From Octopus sinensis (lineage: Eukaryota), in contig NC_043002.1 of assembly GCF_006345805.1 (NCBI RefSeq), positions 116,622,001 to 116,686,000 on the forward strand: a stretch of 64,000 nucleotides of DNA. Reading direction: 5' to 3'. Made by a program: the position numbers and the translations under genes. Positions 56,472-64,000 of this stretch are shown one piece after another. The notes beneath the pieces are model-generated. The model saw only the letters and a program-made list of their open reading frames with translations. It did no database searches and had not been told where the DNA came from. Position 1 is the first letter of the stretch; the number at the start of each line of letters is the position of its first letter.

Positions 56472-56620
56472 ACGTTTACGCGCTTTTTATGTTCTGAGTT
56501 CAAATATCACCGAGGTAACCTTTTTGGGGTCGATGAAATAAAGTACCAGGGAAGTACTGGAGTAGATGTAACAGACTAATGCATTCTAAAACCCCTAGTC
56601 TTGTGCTAAAATTTAAAACA
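56472..56620 (+). mobile_element. SINE family A, diverged
   Basis: GTTCTGAGTTCAAAT...GGGGTCGATGAAATAAAGTACCAG. Confidence 0.65.
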
Positions 56621-59600
56621 ATTATCATTTTATATTAAAGAAAATTTATTTAAACTTTTCTAAATATCTTTTCTGTCCTAGAGTCAATTTAATTCATCAT
56701 TTTGGAATTTGATGTAATTTCTCATTTTCATTTCACCAAGAAATGTTTCGGAAGACAGCAATAAATGGGGAGAATACTGGAGATTAAAAGGTTCTTTTTT
56801 ATGCAAAACTATCTATCTTTCGTTTAAGGTTATTTCTTCGGTAAATCTCTGTGGCGAGATGAGAAATGTTACATGCCGGGACTTTTGTCTGAGAGAAAAA
56901 GAATCTTGAAAAATTCAGACGATAGGTCAGTACTGAAATATATTCCTCTTACTGCTATGTCCCGTAAATTTCTTTAAACGTACGAAATTTTACGACGCAC
57001 ATCACCACCCGTTTTCTCTGAGTCAATTGTCTTTCATGTTTTAGTTTTTCCACAATATTTTTACTCTAATTTATTGTAAGGCAATCAAACAGAATATCCT
57101 TTTCTCGTTATTGTGCTCTTTTCATTTTAATATTAATCACAATGTGACGCAATTTAGGGAACAGGAACACATGTTTATACAGATCCTGGAACTTGATTAG
57201 TACTTATCTATCCCGGGAGCACGAAAGGTAGTATCACCTTTGGTTAAGGATGCTGGGGCGCCACGGAATACACAAAGTATTTTGATCACGTAAGAACAGT
57301 ATAATTAATTCATTATATTAATTTTATGTATCTTTGATTTCGGTATCTTATTAGACTGATTGCCATTGGGTACCTTTTTTCATATACAGTTTCCCCTTAA
57401 GACGTATTTTGTGAAATGATGTTCTTCAGAATTATTAATATTATTATTTTAAAAAAATTTCTCTATATATGGTCGTTTGAATTTCATAATTTATTAACTT
57501 GTGTACCGAAGCATATATTTTTGGAATTAAATACATCAAATTTAATTGAACCATGCTTCGGTTATCTTATAGAAGTGTGCTTATCAAGTTTCTGCTTACC
57601 CTGTCTATCGGCTTGTAAATACTCTCGTGTGAAATAATACATAAAAATGTCGTTATTGTTTTTAAATGTTACAAGTAATTATTAGAACTGATTTAACACC
57701 TCAGATAGATTTAGAATATATCAATATATTTGTGGATAAATTGTATAATCTATATACGTCCATAATATATCCCAAACCCATTTTATCATGAAATATCAGC
57801 TTCTTTTTTTTTTTTACATATCACCAAAGTTCTGGGCTAGCATTTAATAGTCTACGCATGATAGAATATAAATATGAAAGGAATTAATCCCGTAGATAAC
57901 TTTCCAAATAGCGTTTGCAAAATTTCGATTTTAAAGATTATGAAATGATGATGATGATGGTAATGATGATGATGATGATGATGACGACGACGACGACGAT
58001 ATATATGTGTGTGTGTGTGTGAATTGAAAATCCGTATGAGATTTTGCAATTACTGCAACTCGTGTCGATGTTTGCATGATTGCTATGAATCGGCACGTCC
58101 AGTTCAATTATTGGTACTTTTATTTTCCAACTACAGAAGAAATGATCCATCGATGCATTAAGTTTTACGGGAGGTTCCCGTTTTTTCATTTCATATGTGC
58201 ATTCTATCATTTGTTGTGCTACAATCGCTACACTCATACTTGCACAAATAGAAAGCACTTAAGGGTAAAATAGTCATCACTAGGAGGCCCGGTTATTAAG
58301 TCTGTCTATGATTTTCTACATTCTTTGACTGAGCGTATGACAATAAACTCACCTTTAGCAGTATTATTGATTTGATTCGTGGTTCAGCAATTTCACATAT
58401 ATTACTCACCCCCGGAAGTGAGTTCTTACTGTAATCAATAGCCAAGTAAAGTGTTGTAATCTTTTGAGGTAAACCTCGAAAATAATGTTGCCACTGGTCA
58501 ATCAAAGGCCACCTGGTTTTACAGGATATGATACTGGTTTTTAATTAAAAAAGGAACCTAAACAATATATCTGCTAAGAATTATGTAAATTCTTTTTCAT
58601 GTTCATTATCATTTTCTTTTTTGTAATTGTTTTAAGACGTGCATGCCTATCTCTTAGCATTCTGAAATCTACCTTGCGTATAAGTAGTTATCGAATTCTT
58701 TTTCTCTCAATAATGCAAGCTAACGAAACAGTTAAACAGTTTCTTCCTTGCAAACAGCTAAGTGTAAATAGGAAATATGAGAGATAAGTATCTTGACATT
58801 AGAGACGTTACACAAGCAGTGAAGTCTTGAACTGGCAATTCGCCTCCGTATCGACTGGACCTGCTGAAACATAACACCGTTAACGCAGAAAGATGCAACT
58901 GTAATGGTCGATAGGGAATGATTATAATTACCTAATTGCTATAAATGTCTTGATTGAAAGACAGATTCTCAAAAGTAAAATGACCTATACTGATTGTCGG
59001 GGAATATTATTTTGTTGAAATTATTTCAGTTAGGTAATCAAAGAAAGGAAATGTGAATTGCTCAAATTTCAGAAAGTGAAAAATGAGAAAACAAAGCACA
59101 AAATATATAATTATGATCATTTTTGGCTGGGCACAAGACCAGATTTATAAAGAAGAGTTAACAGTCGCTTGAACCAGTTCCAACATCTCTTTTATGCTTA
59201 TTTCTTCAGAATACACGTAAAAGTAACTTGCGTTGTGGGATTTGAAATATGAGACTAGCTAAATAATACAACACATCTGGATGATCTAATTGAATTTACA
59301 CAGGTCTGAAGTCTTTAATCACCGATAAGAATATGGAATGTTCAAATGTTAATGAGGTCTCCTACTCTCTTCACTTCTTTTCTGTGTTAAGTTGAACCCT
59401 TTACCCAATATGTCAAACAAGCTGGAACTCAGTTACAAATTCTAAAGGAAGAGAATCTACTATGTTTTGCATTTAGATGACAAGTTTTATTCTGCAGATA
59501 ATGAATAACTAGAAAATATTGTTGCAGACGGTTCACAGATTCACAAGAGGAATTTTAAGAAATTATGTCGAGAAAAATGGGCCAAAGAAACATTGAATTG

Positions 59601-61192
59601 ACGACAATTAATAAATATTTCTCATGTAAAGATAACGAAATAAATAAATTAAAGAGAATTAAACTAATCAAAAATAATTACTTAGGATTTAGTGGACTAG
59701 AGTTAAACACATAGGGAAATGAAGGAAAACTTAAGAAGAAAAAATGCAGTCTCATTAGATTATTACTTAAAAGTGAAAAGGAAATAGGCACCAATACATT
59801 AAGTTGTTTCCATTATAAATCAAGGTTTCGTTAAATGAAAGAGCAAGATTAGACGAGAAAACTTGTAAAATAAAGGCCTGGTTTAGAATATACAATGCCA
59901 ATTCGACGCAAATATTAATAGAGGGGAATAAGGATCTTCTGTTTTCACACATATCTACATTTAGACAGAAAGAAAATATATAAATATCTAGTAAAGAATA
60001 ACTGGAAACAATGCAGAAAAATATGCTCTCATTCTCGAGGAAAGCTAATATATATATAAAATAGAGATTGAAGTAATAGCTTTTGAAGAGAAATAATAGG
60101 TATCAACCAAAATTGCTAAAGGATTAACATGACTTAGCTAGAATGGCACTACTGATTCAGATGCTGTCGGATGCCATATTCAGACGCTGTTAAAATAATT
60201 CTCTGCAAGACCAAGTTAAGCAGAAGTGGTAGGGGAAAAAATCTCAACTTTAACTCAGACGGGAAGTGTAAGGATGGTTTTTGTTTGAGGCACAAGACTT
60301 CTCGCATTAAACTACCAAAAATGTATAATGAAGTATAATACCAAACAGAACAACGTAGGTTATATTCAAGTTATAAGTTATAAGAAATAATTAGTAACTT
60401 AGTTTCTGGTTCTCCACCCATTGGCAAAAGAAAGAAATTCATACATGGCAGTGTTGGAGTTATTTTATTCAGGTAATTTTGCCCATTTCGATCAGTAATT
60501 GGTGTGAAAACTATCAGGAAAAGTAGCTTCACTTGATTGAATGATGTATCAGTTCCAAAATCCAATCATATATCTCAAAAGGAATTGGAGTAATTATCTA
60601 CATTCTAAAGACTTAAAATGTCAGATTGTGAGCATAAAGCATACCTGAAAATGAGTGGTTCCTTAAAAATGATTAAAGAAAATGCAAGGAATAATAAGAC
60701 TAGACTCCAATAAAATTAGTACCCTTATGTTAGGCATACATATTACGTAGAATACTTTCAATTTATATTTTAATGAGTTAGAGGAGGAATGACAGCACTA
60801 ACCACATTTTTGAAAAGATCTGTTATTGGTATCAAGATATGAGAAAGTTACCTCATCAGGCAGCGTGGTCCGAATGCTGGTAACACATTGGGAACCCATA
60901 GCAAGGTGATGATATCAAACCAGGAGAAGAATCATTTCAGTTATGTTAGAATTTGATGCACGAAATCGGTACCATAAGCTCGTGACGTATCATTAACTTG
61001 GAGTTATACAATGAAAGAAAAATAAAATCATTGGAAATCGTCGATTTATTGTCATAGCCCAGTGCGGTCTACATTTTCAAAATTCTCAATAAACGTCCCT
61101 GTGTAAAATAAAACATAATTCCTTCAGATATATATTAGAATCATTGAGTTATCTTAAATTTTCCGTACGTCTGAAAAGAGTTTGCAGTCAAT

Positions 61193-61228
<36 letters not shown>

Positions 61229-61254
61229 AATAATAATAATAACAACACCAATGA

Positions 61255-61445
61255 CTACAAGGGAAAGGCTTGAAAGGAGAAACAGGTTTTGTTATTACAG
61301 CACAAGATCAGAGCTTACCTACCCTCGTGCAGATTTTTCGAAAAATTCAGAGACAATTGATCATGTTGTTTCTGGCTGCCCAGTCCTCGTTGAATACAGT
61401 CATCATAATACATGACAGACTAGGGAAGGGACATATGTATAGCAT
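61255..61445 (+). mobile_element. R4/Dong-clade fragment after (AAC)n(AAT)n
   Basis: ETGFVITAQDQSLPT and SETIDHVVSGCPVL, homologous to the family A/B CCHC region. Confidence 0.75.
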
Positions 61446-61504
61446 ACAAAGGTAAAAAAAGGCAGGGAAGGTGATAGAGATGTGGCCCTCCTGATACAGG
61501 AATG

Positions 61505-61707
61505 TCTCTAGGGATAATCGAGGAATCCCACTGTGTAGATTTATCGATTACGTCGACTCCTGTATTCAACTGGTACTTATTTTATCGACTCCGAAAGGAT
61601 GAAAGGCAAAGTCGACCTCTGCGGAATTTGAACTCAGAAAGTAGGGACGGGCGAAATGCCGCTAGGCGTTTTTCCCGGTGTGCTAAGGATTCTGCCAGTT
61701 CACCGCC
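61505..61707 (-). mobile_element. SINE family A
   Basis: Reverse complement of the A head and body. Confidence 0.85.
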
Positions 61708-61730
61708 TTAACTATAAAAATAATAGTACT

Positions 61731-62124
61731 AATCATTTCTACTACAGGCACAAGGCCTGAAATTTCGGGGTAGGGGACTAGTTGATTACATCTATCCCAG
61801 TGTTTCACTGGTGCTTATCGACGCCGAAAGGATGAAAGGCAAAGTCGACCTCGGCGGAATTTGAACTCAGAACGTAGCAGAAGACGAAATACCTATTTCT
61901 TTACTACCCACCAGGGGCTAAACACAGAGAGGACAAACAAGGACAGACAAAGGGATTAAGTCGATTATATCGACCCTAGTGCGAAACTGCTACTTATTTA
62001 ATCGACCCCGAAAGGATGAAAAGCAAAGTCGACCTCGGTGGAATTTGAACTCAGAACGTAGCGGCAGACGAAATACTGCTAAGCATTTCGCCCAGCGTGC
62101 TAACCTTTCTGCCGGTTCGCCGCC
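61731..62124 (-). mobile_element. SINE family A, dimeric variant
   Basis: Same internal junction GTAGTAAAGAAATAGGTATTTCGTCT as the copy at 48829-49230. Confidence 0.85.
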
Positions 62125-64000
62125 TTTATAACAACAGCAACAATATTAATACGTGGCTACATACAAATCATTAAGCTGTCATACAGTTTCTAGAGCTACC
62201 CCGTTGTCGTTCTCACTTGATGGTAACAAAATTGACGAGACAAATGATAGAGATAAATAAGCAAGGCGGTGCCCCAGCATGGCCACAGCTTGAGTTGAAA
62301 CTAGATAAATAAGCAAGGAGACAGGTCAGCAATGTGATTCAACGAAACGAAGTAACTGGAATGTCTGAATGAGAAAATATCACTGGTACACACAAAACAT
62401 TTGAAAAGATTTTCTAGAGTATCTACATGTAATACTTCTTTTGGTTATTGAATGATAGGGAGGATATTATACATAGAATACAGGACACCACTGCTGTTCA
62501 CCTTAAAAGGGAAAAGTTTCTACTTGGTCATTCGACCTGTTAGATATAGTAATCAATACTACCACAGATCCTACCTTATTATTTTCAAAAATGAAGGACA
62601 CACTGTATAGTGTAATCAATAAAATATATATGGGTTGATCAAAGCTAAAACATATATTACGGATCAAAGCTGGAACATATCTGCTTCTTCAGGACTAACG
62701 TGGGGCTAAACAACAGCTACAAACAATAACCTGCAGATCAGTATCATACAAAATATTTACATCAATATTCTTTATCAACATGTATGCGCACCAATAAAAA
62801 AAAACATTACCAGGGAAGAAGAAATGCTGTGGGATGAGATATATAAATATAAATGACGACTTCTCATTGATAGAAGGAAAAAGATAAGACAGGCGTGGAA
62901 TATTCATAGACAATAGTTTGATTGCATTCCTAATATTTGTACATTGAAAGCGCTTCAAATTAATGATGTACTTCCAAACTTGAAGAGATACGTTAATGCT
63001 ATAGAATATTTGACAGCAAAAGTAATGCAACAAAAGAAAAGACCTAAAATAAAATAACTACAAATGCATTCCTCATAAGAGAATTTCCATTGAGATCTAT
63101 TGCCCCTACATTTGTTTGTCTAACATTGACACCTGTAACAGATATATTGAAACGAACTTCAGGCAACTACATCTGCAATAAGAAAACCAATAAATCATTT
63201 CTCTTGTATAGATGGCTTGAAACTGAATGCAAAGAATGCCACCAACCTGGCTCCTTACTTCAAACAGGCTATGAATCAATTAAAGACTTCTGCATGTAAC
63301 CTGAAAAGTGTTGCAGAACTATGAGACTAAAAATTAACAGAAACACTCTAAATAGATAAAAATCTATAAATCTGTATGAGAACAATAATAATATATTTAA
63401 ATTATTATGTGTAAATATAATGGGCAATATACAACATACATAACTTATATTAAATCAATATAATATGCGAATGAAATTATTTTATCATTTAGTTTTGCGG
63501 GAAGACAGAGCTATGAACTTTTGCAGTCTCTGAAACTGAAACTGGTGGAAAGGAAGGAATAAGATATTTTCATACCAGAGATCTATGCGAACGCTTGCAA
63601 CTGTGTGGACTTCGTTAAAGGTACTGAATATGCCAGGTAGTTGTATCAAACCAGGCGCGATGGATTAGCTCTACCTCTCCTGCTTGTTACCACGCCCTCA
63701 ATTTTGAAAACGTGACAGACATTTCCATATATCGCACCGTATTTGCAGGTAGCCTCATCTCTTTGGTCTCGTACAGAGCTTCCATAATTATCTCGTGAGG
63801 TATAGTGAACGACCTCTACTTTTCGCGTGGTAAACGTATGTCACTTGTATCCTTGACCATTCTTCGTTGAATTCTTCTAGCAACGAAGCACATTAATTTT
63901 TGATAATCTCTTTTCTGACTCACTATTTTGCGACACATTCTTTTCTGATATTATTTTCTAACACTTTATTTTTGTCATGCATTATTTTGTAACACTCTCG

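Noticed and set aside
58138-58264. Candidate exon after a strong acceptor (EEMIHRCIKFYGR...)
   Set aside because: No recognisable peptide and no corroborating neighbours

Overview
AT-rich, microsatellite-saturated eukaryotic non-coding DNA. The SINE families and repeat content suggest an octopod cephalopod (inference, not verified). No intact cellular gene is recognisable, and nearly all listed ORFs are translated microsatellites. The window holds about 20 copies of three tRNA-derived SINE families and relics of CR1/L2-, L1/Tx1- and RTE-type LINEs. It also holds a nested cluster of (TAA)n-associated R4/Dong-type elements, Penelope-like (RT + GIY-YIG) relics, a Tc1 transposon with DD36E spacing, a pogo/Tigger-like MITE and a 41-bp Helitron-like palindrome. 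The most notable signal is a set of minimal type I hammerhead ribozyme motifs in several unrelated short non-coding elements. One (9570-9660, minus) has an intact catalytic core. Element boundaries are approximate unless given as exact motifs.
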